A stretch of 32,000 nt of DNA from Thermococcus kodakarensis KOD1 (lineage in GTDB: Archaea > Methanobacteriota_B > Thermococci > Thermococcales > Thermococcaceae). Under the pieces are notes generated by a model, which saw only the letters and a program-made list of their open reading frames with translations, made no database searches and was not told the origin of the DNA. The stretch lies in NCBI RefSeq assembly GCF_000009965.1, contig NC_006624.1, positions 510,001-542,000 on the forward strand, in the 5' to 3' direction. Positions 5,550-14,734 of this stretch are shown here, in pieces. Each line of letters starts with the position of its first letter. The stretch's first letter is position 1. A program made the translations under genes and the position numbers.

Positions 5550-6851
5550 TCACAAGCTTTGTGGCGGGCGGAAGTAGATCCGCTCGGTGTACATTTTATC
5601 AAAGGAGAACCAACCTCGGCCCTTTAACCAGGGCTTCACGTCCTTATACTCGCGAAAGCTCTTCACTTTGGGGTTCTTGATGCGGTGGAAGTCCCTGATG
5701 ACTTTCCTAAGAAGAAGCTCATCATCAGCGCTGGCTATTCTTCCGATGATGCCGATGTGTGCCGCCCCGTAGATCAGAAACGCTGGCAGGCCGTACATGT
5801 ATTGGGTCCCGCTTATGATGTTTACCCAATTGGAGCGGCCCTCTCTATTCAGCTTATCGAGGGCTTTTCTGCCATCAGGATGTTCGAGAAGGTTCTGAAC
5901 TTCATCAATGACGAAGAAGACGGGGGTGTTCCTGAAGCGGACGAACTTGGTGACGATGTACATGACTAAATGCTTGAAGATCCATGCCTCTTCTGCTGGT
6001 GTTAGCTCGGAGTTTGCTGAGAAGTCAATTACATTGATGACATCCGTAGAGAGCTCCGAAGTAAAGTCTTTGTTTTTTGAGAAGATCGTATCACTCCTCA
6101 GCAAAGCGCAGACTTCGAGGATGCTGAGGAGCGTTGAGCTTGGCACGGTTGAGTTTGGGCGGTATTTTTTCTCCCACTCGTAGCCGAACCTTTCAAGCTC
6201 ATCAGGATCTCGTTTTTTCTCTAGATCCCAAGCCTGTCGGATGACGCGGCCATAAATAGTATTCCTGTTGATCTGTGCAAGTCTAGCTATGAAATCAAAG
6301 TCCACGTCTTTGTAGCGGATTTTCCCTTCTCTAGCGATGCAGTTGTTGTCTTTTTCTATTGCTTCTAGGTTTCTCACCGGACGGAAGACTATCCTCTTTA
6401 CGGGGAACGCCTTTGGTTTTAGGCCATGCCAACTGAGGATCGAGTGTTTATCACCTGGAAATGGGGGATATAAGGTGAAGGGGTAGTTGGGCCAGCCAAA
6501 GGCGAAGTCCCCTGGCTTTCCGTGGAGCACTCCATCGTTTTTAAGAATGTTGTAATACTGGAGTAACGGTTGAAAGTTCTCTTTCACGAAGTCGGGGCCT
6601 TTCTTCTTCGTTATAATGGTCAAGAAATCCATTAGGTCTTTTGCCTTGTTCTTATCGTATTTCTGCTCGATGACGACTACTAGTGCTCCAGGGATGTTTT
6701 GGAAGATCTCTTCAGCTATGGCTCTCATAACTGTGGTCTTCCCGCTACCGCTTGGCCCGAGGAAAGTTATGTGGTTGGCTTCGTTTTCCTTTAGCTCCAC
6801 GTAGCGTTTTTCTTTGTCTGTGTTCTTCCCAATATAGATTGATACTCCCAT
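5550..6851 (-). CDS. P-loop NTPase of the HerA/FtsK/VirB4 (DUF87-like) class, 433 aa
   Basis: Walker A is GPSGSGKTT near the N-terminus. Walker B is VFFVIDEVQNL. Downstream lies GRSNWVNIISGTQ. AGAGGTGTGGG precedes the ATG. Confidence 0.88.
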   Translation of the reverse strand: MGVSIYIGKNTDKEKRYVELKENEANHITFLGPSGSGKTTVMRAIAEEIFQNIPGALVVVIEQKYDKNKAKDLMDFLTIITKKKGPDFVKENFQPLLQYYNILKNDGVLHGKPGDFAFGWPNYPFTLYPPFPGDKHSILSWHGLKPKAFPVKRIVFRPVRNLEAIEKDNNCIAREGKIRYKDVDFDFIARLAQINRNTIYGRVIRQAWDLEKKRDPDELERFGYEWEKKYRPNSTVPSSTLLSILEVCALLRSDTIFSKNKDFTSELSTDVINVIDFSANSELTPAEEAWIFKHLVMYIVTKFVRFRNTPVFFVIDEVQNLLEHPDGRKALDKLNREGRSNWVNIISGTQYMYGLPAFLIYGAAHIGIIGRIASADDELLLRKVIRDFHRIKNPKVKSFREYKDVKPWLKGRGWFSFDKMYTERIYFRPPQSL

Positions 6852-7009
6852 CTAACCCACACCTCTGTCTGCTTTCTATGATTGCAGGGGTCTGCGTGAC
6901 ATATCACGATTTCACACTTTTGGGCTTCCTCTACCCGTCTTTTTCAAGATGGGGGTTTCTCCTCTTGTGCTTTGAAAATAAAACTATGCAACTCTCCCAC
7001 AATGCTTTT

Positions 7010-7810
7010 TTAGAGGCCGCCAAGTTCCCACGACCTTTTCTTCCTGTACAGGCCATACCCAATCAAGCCCACAACGATAACGCTGAACGCTATTGCCTTG
7101 ATGATGACAGAGCCGACCAGCTTCTCTTTCTTTGCCTTCTCGATGTAGCTCTGCTCGCTCTTCTGCGAAGCATCTTCGAGAAGGGTCTGTATCATCTTCC
7201 TGTACTCATCGTTCTGCTGTTCAAGAAAGTCCGCTTTTGCCTTGACTGCGTTGTACTGGTTCGTCAGGTTCGCTAACTGTGCCTTGAGCTCGCGATTTTC
7301 CCTCGTCAGGTTCAGAATCTTTGCGTTCAGCTCGGCTGTGTTGGGCTGGTTCTTGAGCTTGCTCTGAAGCTCTGAAACCTGCTGCTTGAGCTGTTCGTTT
7401 TCTTTCGCGAGCTTGTTGTATTTGGTCGTCAGGTTCGCCAGCTTTTCTCTCAACTCTGTGTTCTCGTTCCTCAGCTCCGCGGCCTCGTCTGGAGCACTGA
7501 AACTCACTGCGAACGGCTTCTCGCTTTCAACGTGAACGTAGCCCTCATCGCCGAGCGCCGCGAAGAGTATTTCCAGGCCCTTAGTGGTGTAGTTCTCGCC
7601 GTCGCCGAGAATCGTTTGAATCTGGCTATCCTGCTCAATGACGAGGACGGTTTCATTTGTCTTGATGTTCTTATCAACGAGTAGGCTCAGGTCGTTGATG
7701 TAAACGCGCTCGCCGACACTAAGGCTCCCGCTCCAGTCGTAGAGAGTCCCTCCTGACGCGAGGCTGGCAGTCAGCAGGAACAAGATAAAGGCGAAAACCA
7801 GCCGCTTCAT
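7010..7810 (-). CDS. Secreted, C-terminally membrane-anchored coiled-coil protein, 266 aa
   Basis: Signal peptide MKRLVFAFILFLLTASLASG, a ~110-aa heptad-rich segment with an internal repeat, and a C-terminal TM (VIIKAIAFSVIVVGLIGYGLY) followed by RKKR. Confidence 0.85.
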   Translation of the reverse strand: MKRLVFAFILFLLTASLASGGTLYDWSGSLSVGERVYINDLSLLVDKNIKTNETVLVIEQDSQIQTILGDGENYTTKGLEILFAALGDEGYVHVESEKPFAVSFSAPDEAAELRNENTELREKLANLTTKYNKLAKENEQLKQQVSELQSKLKNQPNTAELNAKILNLTRENRELKAQLANLTNQYNAVKAKADFLEQQNDEYRKMIQTLLEDASQKSEQSYIEKAKKEKLVGSVIIKAIAFSVIVVGLIGYGLYRKKRSWELGGL

Positions 7811-7811
7811 A

Positions 7812-8279
7812 TCACTGTCCCTCCGGGTTGTTTACGATGACCGTCAACTTTTCAGGACTCAGAATCGTGATGTTGGCGATGTAGTACGTCGTGCCCGTGA
7901 AGTAGCCAGTCCCAATTATTGTTATGTTGTTGATAGTGACGTTCATCGGCTCCCAATAGATCGTATCCGGGAATATGAAGAAGAACTTGCCCTTGTTGGG
8001 GTCGTAGTCGGGCCTAATTGTCAGGTTCAGCTCCTGGATCGTCAGGTTTCCGCCAACGTAAACCAGCTCCTCGTACCTGTGTATGGTGAGTTCCGAAGTT
8101 GGGATTGTGGAGTTTGTGCTGTTAGAGGTGTTAAGTGGTATCGTGTAGGTCTCGTTGCCAAAGCCGATTATGATTCCACCATCACCCCAACCAATGCACC
8201 CTGCGGTACTCACAACCGCCGCGAGGACTATTATCATATATAATATATGAATATATGACTTCATACCTATGAACTTCAT
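7812..8279 (-). CDS. Secreted protein, possibly lipid-anchored, 155 aa, 9 N-glycosylation sequons
   Basis: I prefer ATG 8279, preceded by GGGGTGAGAAGA. The lipobox-like signal end is VVSTAGC. Sequons present are NET, NTS, NST x2, NLT x2, NVT and NIT x2. Confidence 0.7.
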   Translation of the reverse strand: MKFIGMKSYIHILYMIIVLAAVVSTAGCIGWGDGGIIIGFGNETYTIPLNTSNSTNSTIPTSELTIHRYEELVYVGGNLTIQELNLTIRPDYDPNKGKFFFIFPDTIYWEPMNVTINNITIIGTGYFTGTTYYIANITILSPEKLTVIVNNPEGQ

Positions 8280-8284
8280 TCTTC

Positions 8285-8767
8285 TCACCCCAAAAGGCCT
8301 TTCACCGAGACCGCTCCCGTCTTCCGGTTCACCCAAATGAAGCCAGCAAAGAGCTTAGAACCACCAGTATCGAGCTTCAGCTCGAAAACCCAATACTTCT
8401 GGCCGTCCTTTTCCTTCTCAGTGAGGCTCTTTTTGTCTGGATAGAGCTTGTAGTTGTACTTCTCCAGTTTCTTGTTGTAGCTGGCTAGATACTGCCGAGC
8501 GATCTCGTACGCCTGCTCGGCTGTGACCGGATAGTCCTCAACATAGGCCCCCTGGACTATCGTGAGGTGTCCGTCAGCCCACCGTATTGTGTTGTTGCTG
8601 AAGATGAATCCCTCAGTCGGATAACCAAGCTCATACAGTCTTTCTTTTAGTGGGTCGTGCTCGGCAAACGTCGAATAGCTGAAATAAGCCAAAAAAATTA
8701 AGCTAACCACCGCGAAGAGCCTTAGAATGACTTTTGAAAAAGATGGGGTGGAGCGGTGGGCGTACAT
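8285..8767 (-). CDS. N-terminally anchored protein with a PepSY-like domain, 160 aa
   Basis: I prefer ATG 8767, preceded by GAGGTGG; the track start at 8782 is TTG. TM is VILRLFAVVSLIFLAYFSY. The C-terminal pattern YWVFELKLDTGG...VNRKTGAVSVKG resembles PepSY. Confidence 0.65.
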   Translation of the reverse strand: MYAHRSTPSFSKVILRLFAVVSLIFLAYFSYSTFAEHDPLKERLYELGYPTEGFIFSNNTIRWADGHLTIVQGAYVEDYPVTAEQAYEIARQYLASYNKKLEKYNYKLYPDKKSLTEKEKDGQKYWVFELKLDTGGSKLFAGFIWVNRKTGAVSVKGLLG

Positions 8768-8778
8768 TTCAGCCCACC

Positions 8779-9582
8779 TCAACTAGAGCTCTGCTCGGTC
8801 ACAACAACCGGCCAGGTAGCGGTCGCGTTGGCCTGAATCACATATGGGGCGGTCTCGTTGTAGAGCATGGCCTTGTTGCCGCTGATGTCCTCAACTACAA
8901 AGTAGAATGCATAGTAGTCATTCGCAGTGACGTTGGTGATAGTGATTGGCAGGGCCGTAGCGTTAACCTCGGTGAAGGTCGTAGTGTTGCTCACGGTGTT
9001 GCTGGTGCCTAGATCAGCCCAATAAACGTAGTACTTGGCTATCTGGTCATTGTCAGTCGCGTTGAAGTCAATGCTGAAGGTTCCAGCCGTGCTGTTATAA
9101 TCGAGGCTAACACTTGAGAGGGTCGGAGCGGTCGTGTCGGTAACAGTAATGCTCTGAACGTCGCTTTCAAGGGTCTTGTCAGTGTCATAAACGACCTTGA
9201 CCTTGTAGTAAACCACGTCACCGAATTTGCTTGGAATCTCAGCCTTGTATGTGCCGTTCTCGGCTGTGGCGTTCAGGGCAGTATAGGTCGCGTTGTTCGG
9301 ATCCGCGACGTTGAGCGCGTAAAGAACCTGAACGCTGGATATGTTGAAGTGCTCCTCGTTGGCCAGTTGGAAGCTCACGAGAACGTGGCCAGTGCTCTGG
9401 TCAACTATAGCCAAAAGGTTGCTGACGGCGAGTTCATAAGTGGTGTTCTCAGTACTGTTGTCGCTCAGGGCATTGGTTATGTCAACAAAGCCGCCTCCGC
9501 CGCCGTGATAGGCCCACCAGCCGATGGCGGCGAAGAGTAGTATCAGGCCAACGGTTATGATCTGTCTCTCTTTCTTTCTCAT
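8779..9582 (-). CDS. N-terminally anchored, heavily N-glycosylatable beta-rich (Ig/FN3-like) protein, 267 aa
   Basis: TM is IITVGLILLFAAIGWWAY. I counted 13 N-x-S/T sequons by hand. Composition is T/S/N/V-rich, typical of archaeal surface proteins. Confidence 0.8.
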   Translation of the reverse strand: MRKKERQIITVGLILLFAAIGWWAYHGGGGGFVDITNALSDNSTENTTYELAVSNLLAIVDQSTGHVLVSFQLANEEHFNISSVQVLYALNVADPNNATYTALNATAENGTYKAEIPSKFGDVVYYKVKVVYDTDKTLESDVQSITVTDTTAPTLSSVSLDYNSTAGTFSIDFNATDNDQIAKYYVYWADLGTSNTVSNTTTFTEVNATALPITITNVTANDYYAFYFVVEDISGNKAMLYNETAPYVIQANATATWPVVVTEQSSS

Positions 9583-9585
9583 TTC

Positions 9586-9816
9586 TCAAACACCTCCAAA
9601 CGACTTAACAAGTTCTGGAATCTGTTTCAGGAAAGAAAAGAAAGTGTCAACTAAGCCGAATGACTTTAAGAGTGCCAGGGCCCCGAGAGCGTAGAACACC
9701 AAGCTCACCTTGCCTTTTGCCAGGACGCCGATGAGGATGAGGATTAGGCCGAGCGCGAGGTATGGGTGGCTTCCTGCAAGGTTGTGGAGCTGATCAATGA
9801 TGCTGTTCGCGTCCAT
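9586..9816 (-). CDS. Small two-TM membrane protein, 76 aa
   Basis: Two hydrophobic helices (YLALGLILILIGVLA and LVFYALGALALL). Gaps to both neighbours are 1-3 nt. Confidence 0.65.
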   Translation of the reverse strand: MDANSIIDQLHNLAGSHPYLALGLILILIGVLAKGKVSLVFYALGALALLKSFGLVDTFFSFLKQIPELVKSFGGV

Positions 9817-9817
9817 G

Positions 9818-10153
9818 TCAATCCCTCCTGTTCTTTGCTGCTAATCCTGCCAGAACGCCAGCTAAGCCGAAGCCCGTGACTCCCTTAATGAATTCCAGGG
9901 CCGTTGCTGTTGGATCGCCGGTAATCGCCAGCATGAAGATTCCGCCGAGGATAAGGAATGCCGCCGCGTCCCAAAGTCCCCAACTGTCTAGGTCGCTGAT
10001 TCTGTACACTGCGAGCCCTATGAGGGCCGAGGGAATGAAGAGCGCCCAAAAGCCACTGAGGCCGAGGAGGTTGCCTGCTGTAACCATGCTGTTCTGGAAG
10101 TGGAAAATGCAAAGGAGGTAAGCGATGAGAGCTGCTGCAACCCTGCCGAGCAT
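9818..10153 (-). CDS. Polytopic membrane protein, 111 aa (3-4 TM)
   Basis: Almost entirely hydrophobic and Gly/Ala-rich. It is tightly packed in the operon. Confidence 0.7.
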   Translation of the reverse strand: MLGRVAAALIAYLLCIFHFQNSMVTAGNLLGLSGFWALFIPSALIGLAVYRISDLDSWGLWDAAAFLILGGIFMLAITGDPTATALEFIKGVTGFGLAGVLAGLAAKNRRD

Positions 10154-10164
10154 TGTCAGTCACC

Positions 10165-10692
10165 TCAGATCAGCCCGGGGATGTGTGGAAGTATTGAAAT
10201 GAATGCACCTTTTGTGGCGATCGTTGCGGCGGTCCAGAACCAAAGTATCAGCTCATTGTTGCCAGTCTCTGGAGCGAAGATGTATAGGCCGATCAATCCG
10301 GAGACGAAAAGATTTGCTGGCCCGACATCGCCGATGTTGAGCGTCATGGTTCCTGTGATTGCCCACATGACCCCTAGCATTCCGAGCGCTGCGAAGAGCA
10401 AACTGATGAGGATTGCACCTACTCTGCTCTTCTTTTTGCCTATTGAGCCGTAGATTCCCGCGTAGAGCTTGTTGTAGTAGTCGTTCTTATCTGCGAGCTT
10501 ATCGAAGAGTTCAACGAGCACTACGAATGCCAGCGGCACCGATGCCATTGCTTCTGTTGTCTGCTGTACTGTTATGCTGTGTTGTCCTGCATACCACAAA
10601 AGTAAACCAAGAAAGCCCGAGGCTAGGGCCGTCTTTAAGGCCCATTGCCCGGCCTTCAGTTTTTTTGGTTGTTGTTCCTCCCCCATCTTCAA
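10165..10692 (-). CDS. Polytopic membrane protein, 175 aa
   Basis: 4-5 hydrophobic segments separated by a charged loop (DKLADKNDYYNKLY...GKKKSR). Confidence 0.75.
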   Translation of the reverse strand: MKMGEEQQPKKLKAGQWALKTALASGFLGLLLWYAGQHSITVQQTTEAMASVPLAFVVLVELFDKLADKNDYYNKLYAGIYGSIGKKKSRVGAILISLLFAALGMLGVMWAITGTMTLNIGDVGPANLFVSGLIGLYIFAPETGNNELILWFWTAATIATKGAFISILPHIPGLI

Positions 10693-10700
10693 TCACCACC

Positions 10701-12839
10701 TCAAAGCAGTTTTCTCCAAACCACGAAAGCGCCAACTAACACGAACACTATTGCGAGAAGCGCCCAAAGTGGAATTCCGAGAATCTTCTTACTCAGCATG
10801 CTCTTTGCAGTTGTTAGGATGTCAATGTGTGGCTTGTACTCATCGGCAAGCTGACTCAGCTCATCACCCTTCTGTGCGTCAAGTTCGGCCTGTTCGTACT
10901 CGCCGTAGAGCGCCTTCTCAGCCGCGCTCATGTAGAAGTCTCCGGCCTGCTCAAGCTTTTTGGCAACGTTTAGCCAGTTGAGGTACTCTTGGACAGCATC
11001 GGTCTGTGTAATTTTGTTGAGAGCCTCAATGGCATCCTGGTATGCCTGTATCGCTTTCTCAGCGTAGAGGGAAGCCTTTTCATTGCCCTCGGCGTCTGCC
11101 TTCTTCTTGAGATCCTCGGCGGCAGTGATCTTCTCCTGGAGACCGTTAATGAGGCTGGCTGCGATCGCTTTAGTCTGATTGATCTCACTCGCTTCGAGCT
11201 TGCCATCGTCAGTAAACTGAACGAGCTGGTCTATCTGATTATCCGCCAACACTGTCCTTGTGTTCGGGATAACAGAGACCTTCGGATTGACAACAAGCCA
11301 GAGCGGTATTGTGATATTGTCATCTCTCGTGATCGTGAAGTAAGCCAGTCCATAGACCTTATAGGTTAACGTGCTCAGGTCTTCAGTGTAGTGGGCTGTC
11401 AGGAGCTTTTGAGTTGGAGTGTCCGGACTCATCGTGCCGAGGTTTCCAAATATTGAATCTGCAACTGTCCAGCTTAGATCCTTGTACTCTCTCACTGCTA
11501 CGAACCTGAAGTCGTCATTGAAGGACGGATTAAGAGGCTCAAAATAGCCTGGATTAGGCACAATATAGAACTTGTAGTCTGCTGTTGAACCAATGACATG
11601 AACTGGAGTCGCAAAGGTCAGTATAATGAAGTTTGAGAGCGCTCCAGCGTACTTCTCCTGATAAAGCGCCCATTTCGTTGAGGCTTCAGTATTGAGGAAC
11701 TTAACTGGTAGAGATGCATAGAAACCATCTGCAAGATCGGCGATGTCGTGGGCCATGCTCACGTGCCGCCAGGCGCTGGTGGTGTAAGCAGTATACTTAA
11801 TGTCATCATTCCTAACGAAGACGTAGCACGTAGAGGTGTTTGAGTCCCACTTATGGTTAGGTTGAGCAGTACAGGATGACTGATCAGTGTACTGCGGGTC
11901 GTTCTGCCAGACCTCACGGTAAGCGTCAACCTTAACGAAGATCTCCCACGTTGAAGTGTTCGCGCTGAATATCTGTTCGATCAAGTCTCTAGTGACCTGA
12001 CCGGTTTGAATAGCGTTCTGCACCTGGTAGACCCAATCGTCCGGAACCTTGAGAATTGTTGAATAAACCACACTTTGGCCGTTTAGGCCCTCGCTACCAG
12101 TTCCGTAATCCCAAACGCGCTTCCAGAGCGGGACGCTACTGTTCTCCTTCTGAAGATAGATCTCAACACTGCGAAGGTGTATGACGTTAAATGGTATGTT
12201 GCTCTCTTTTGTGTAGAGTTTAGCCTGGACGGGGAAAGCTGAAAAGCCATAGATCTTTGAGGGAGCATAGATCTCAATCCAGAGGTCGCCAGTTGCTCCA
12301 TCTTCCTTAGTGTCATACCTCACCAGATCAGAGCGGAGCTTCGCGGTAAGCTCTGCAATCCTTTCATATGCCTGCTGGTTAGCGTCGTCTATGACTTTAT
12401 TGAGTTCATCGTCATCGTTTTTGACGGTAGTTCCATTTGCTTGGCGCTCGTAAGTTATTGTTGCACCACTGTCACTATCTCCACCCCGAGACCCTCCAAA
12501 CGCTAGTTCTAGCGCTGAATATGTCAAACCTGCGGCTGCCATTCCCATTGCAACGCATGCACCTGTACCGAAACCCATGGTCCCTGCCATGCATGCTCCG
12601 CCAACGACAACACCCACTACTGTCGAGACGACCATTTTGCCGGTGTTGCTCGCCCTCTCTTTGACACCATTCCACCAGCTGCCGAAGTCAAACGCTAGGG
12701 CTGGCTGTGCATAGATGCTTGTGGTAAAAATGAGGAGTAACAGTAACCCTGACAGGCGCTTTTTTCTATTACAGGTTTTCCTTTCCTGCTCTTCTTCCTC
12801 GCCTCCTTTCTGCTCAAAAAGTGAAAAGAAGAGCCTCAT
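10701..12839 (-). CDS. Large secreted protein, 712 aa, with a Gly-rich hydrophobic segment, big beta-rich ectodomain, helical stalk and C-terminal TM anchor
   Basis: I prefer ATG 12839, preceded by GGAGGAGGTGAGGT. The signal peptide ends in IYAQPALA. The hydrophobic Gly/Ala/Met segment is VVGVVVGGACMAGTMGFGTGACVAMGMAAAG. The C-terminal TM is IPLWALLAIVFVLVGAFVVW. Confidence 0.85.
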   Translation of the reverse strand: MRLFFSLFEQKGGEEEEQERKTCNRKKRLSGLLLLLIFTTSIYAQPALAFDFGSWWNGVKERASNTGKMVVSTVVGVVVGGACMAGTMGFGTGACVAMGMAAAGLTYSALELAFGGSRGGDSDSGATITYERQANGTTVKNDDDELNKVIDDANQQAYERIAELTAKLRSDLVRYDTKEDGATGDLWIEIYAPSKIYGFSAFPVQAKLYTKESNIPFNVIHLRSVEIYLQKENSSVPLWKRVWDYGTGSEGLNGQSVVYSTILKVPDDWVYQVQNAIQTGQVTRDLIEQIFSANTSTWEIFVKVDAYREVWQNDPQYTDQSSCTAQPNHKWDSNTSTCYVFVRNDDIKYTAYTTSAWRHVSMAHDIADLADGFYASLPVKFLNTEASTKWALYQEKYAGALSNFIILTFATPVHVIGSTADYKFYIVPNPGYFEPLNPSFNDDFRFVAVREYKDLSWTVADSIFGNLGTMSPDTPTQKLLTAHYTEDLSTLTYKVYGLAYFTITRDDNITIPLWLVVNPKVSVIPNTRTVLADNQIDQLVQFTDDGKLEASEINQTKAIAASLINGLQEKITAAEDLKKKADAEGNEKASLYAEKAIQAYQDAIEALNKITQTDAVQEYLNWLNVAKKLEQAGDFYMSAAEKALYGEYEQAELDAQKGDELSQLADEYKPHIDILTTAKSMLSKKILGIPLWALLAIVFVLVGAFVVWRKLL

Positions 12840-12843
12840 TACC

Positions 12844-14730
12844 TCACCTCCTCCTGGCAAGTCCAACTAAAGCGAGAAGCCCAAGCCCGCCAACACCGAG
12901 CCAGAGCCAGGTGTTCCCACTTGAGCCGCCGAAGAGCGTGAACCCTCCAGAATCTCCAATGCTAACGGCAACCTTGTCCTGGAAGACCGTCGCGTTGCCC
13001 TGAAGAACCTGCACCTGGAGCTCGTAGGCGTCGTAAGTCAGGTCTTCTGGCACGGCGAAGGCTATGCTAACATCCTTCTCGGTGAGCGGGCCGACCGAAA
13101 TGCTCTGGTTGATCTCGCTCGGCAGGAAGCCGCCCGAGACCTTGATCGTGTAATACTGCACATCGCTCGACGGGTTCTTGAAGTGGAGGACAATCGTGCC
13201 CTCGCCACCCTTCTCGACTGTCAGCTGCTTCGTGGTGAGCGTGATTGCAGGATTCACGGTGACGTCATAGGTCGCGACCTGGCCGTTCCACTGGAGTTCG
13301 AGCGTGTACTGGCCCTCACTCGGCACGTTGACGCTGAAGGAGTACGCCTCGTAGGGGCTGAAGGCGTGGGAATCACTCCAAACCTCGTTGCCCTGGCTGT
13401 CCTTCAGAACCGCCGTGATGAGGTAACTCTGGCCACTGCTTTCCGAGATGCGAAGCTCATTCTGGCCGACCTGCCATTCAGAGGGCATCTGAACCGAAAA
13501 CGGGAGCGGCTCGACGGTGTAGGTGACACTCTTTGTCGTCGTGTAGGTCTTGCTCATTATTGCGTCATGACTCTCAAAGCTCAGAGTGAACCCGTGCTGG
13601 CCGACCGCGCCCGCCTTGAACTTGATGGAAATCTGTGTCGGGCCTGAAATGTCGCCGAGATAGTACTTGCCCGACTCGGGAGAGACGGCCTGGCCGTCTT
13701 TCTGGACTTCGAGGACGTTGGAGAGGCCGCTCAGGCTCAGGTAAGTGTTGTAAGCCGCGTCGGTGCTGATCGGCGAGAGAGTGAAAGTGAGCGTGTAAAT
13801 CGTGTTCTCGGGAATGCTGATGTCAGACGGGAAGTTTTCAAACTTGAAGGCGGCGCTGTCAGGGTACATCTCGACACTGACAGTCATGTCACCCTGGACG
13901 TCTATCGTCTTCGTGACGCTCCAGTACCCGCTTTTCTCGAAAGTGAGTGTATGAGTGCCCTTAGTTAAATCTAAACTTCCACCATCGTCCAGCGTGCCGA
14001 TAACGTTACCGTTCTCCTTCACCGTAACGCCCGTGAGGGGTTGATTACTCAGAGCATCCTTGAGCGAGAGCTGAATATGATACTCAACCTCATAAATCTG
14101 TATATTATTAAACTCGACCTTCCCCTGCCAGCCCAAGTTATTACCAATGCCTACAGCCGGAACACCAAAAACTACCTTCTCGATTGACAACGGGTCAATA
14201 TGCTGCTGAACATTCGTCAGATTATACAATAAGAAACCGTCCTTATATACCAGTAAATCCCACTCCGTGCCCCTCTGCTGAAACTCAATTCTAAAATGTA
14301 CGTACTTATTCCTAAAGCTCGTCCCTGCATCAATAGAACCACCTATAGTGTCGCTACTCCCATCATACTGAGGATAATTAGCCCCTGAGATTTTCCTAAC
14401 CTCGATTGAACCCGTATCATACTCAATGAAAGTTAAGCCAACCCCTGAACTCCCTGACATAAAAGACACACCAGATAAAACGTTATTTGCGTACGCCTGA
14501 TAATCAAACTCGATAGCCTGAAACTCAGTAACATTAAGCCAAGCCCTGACGTACTCAGACCCCGTAGCATCTAAGACCAACCGACCGTCCGATATTGTTA
14601 CATTAGACGAAGACCCAAAGATATACACCCCGAAATCTCCACTAGACGGAATATAAACAGCCCCAACCGTGCCCGTTGCCAGCGTTCCGAACAGCACCAA
14701 CAGAGCGAGCAAAACACCGAGTTTCTTCAT
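12844..14730 (-). CDS. Secreted adhesin-like protein, 628 aa: ConA/LamG-like lectin-type domain, PEGA/CarboxypepD_reg-like domain, Ig-like repeats, C-terminal TM anchor
   Basis: I prefer ATG 14730 (MKKLGVLLALLVLFG...), preceded by GGAGGGATGA. The PEGA-like segment is GVTVKENGNVIGTL...LTFEKSGYWSVTKTIDV. The C-terminus is WLWLGVGGLGLLALVGLARRR. Confidence 0.85.
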   Translation of the reverse strand: MKKLGVLLALLVLFGTLATGTVGAVYIPSSGDFGVYIFGSSSNVTISDGRLVLDATGSEYVRAWLNVTEFQAIEFDYQAYANNVLSGVSFMSGSSGVGLTFIEYDTGSIEVRKISGANYPQYDGSSDTIGGSIDAGTSFRNKYVHFRIEFQQRGTEWDLLVYKDGFLLYNLTNVQQHIDPLSIEKVVFGVPAVGIGNNLGWQGKVEFNNIQIYEVEYHIQLSLKDALSNQPLTGVTVKENGNVIGTLDDGGSLDLTKGTHTLTFEKSGYWSVTKTIDVQGDMTVSVEMYPDSAAFKFENFPSDISIPENTIYTLTFTLSPISTDAAYNTYLSLSGLSNVLEVQKDGQAVSPESGKYYLGDISGPTQISIKFKAGAVGQHGFTLSFESHDAIMSKTYTTTKSVTYTVEPLPFSVQMPSEWQVGQNELRISESSGQSYLITAVLKDSQGNEVWSDSHAFSPYEAYSFSVNVPSEGQYTLELQWNGQVATYDVTVNPAITLTTKQLTVEKGGEGTIVLHFKNPSSDVQYYTIKVSGGFLPSEINQSISVGPLTEKDVSIAFAVPEDLTYDAYELQVQVLQGNATVFQDKVAVSIGDSGGFTLFGGSSGNTWLWLGVGGLGLLALVGLARRR

Positions 14731-14734
14731 CTCT

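Noticed and set aside
9876-13647. Many plus-strand track ORFs (81, 117, 108, 135, 69, 126, 75, 60 and 154 aa) and alternative-frame minus ORFs opposite or within the large minus-strand genes.
   Set aside because: These are shadow ORFs inside long, well-supported coding regions. Their Arg/Pro/Ser/Cys-rich compositions, lack of SD sites and mutual overlaps are typical of antisense or off-frame reading of GC-normal genes.
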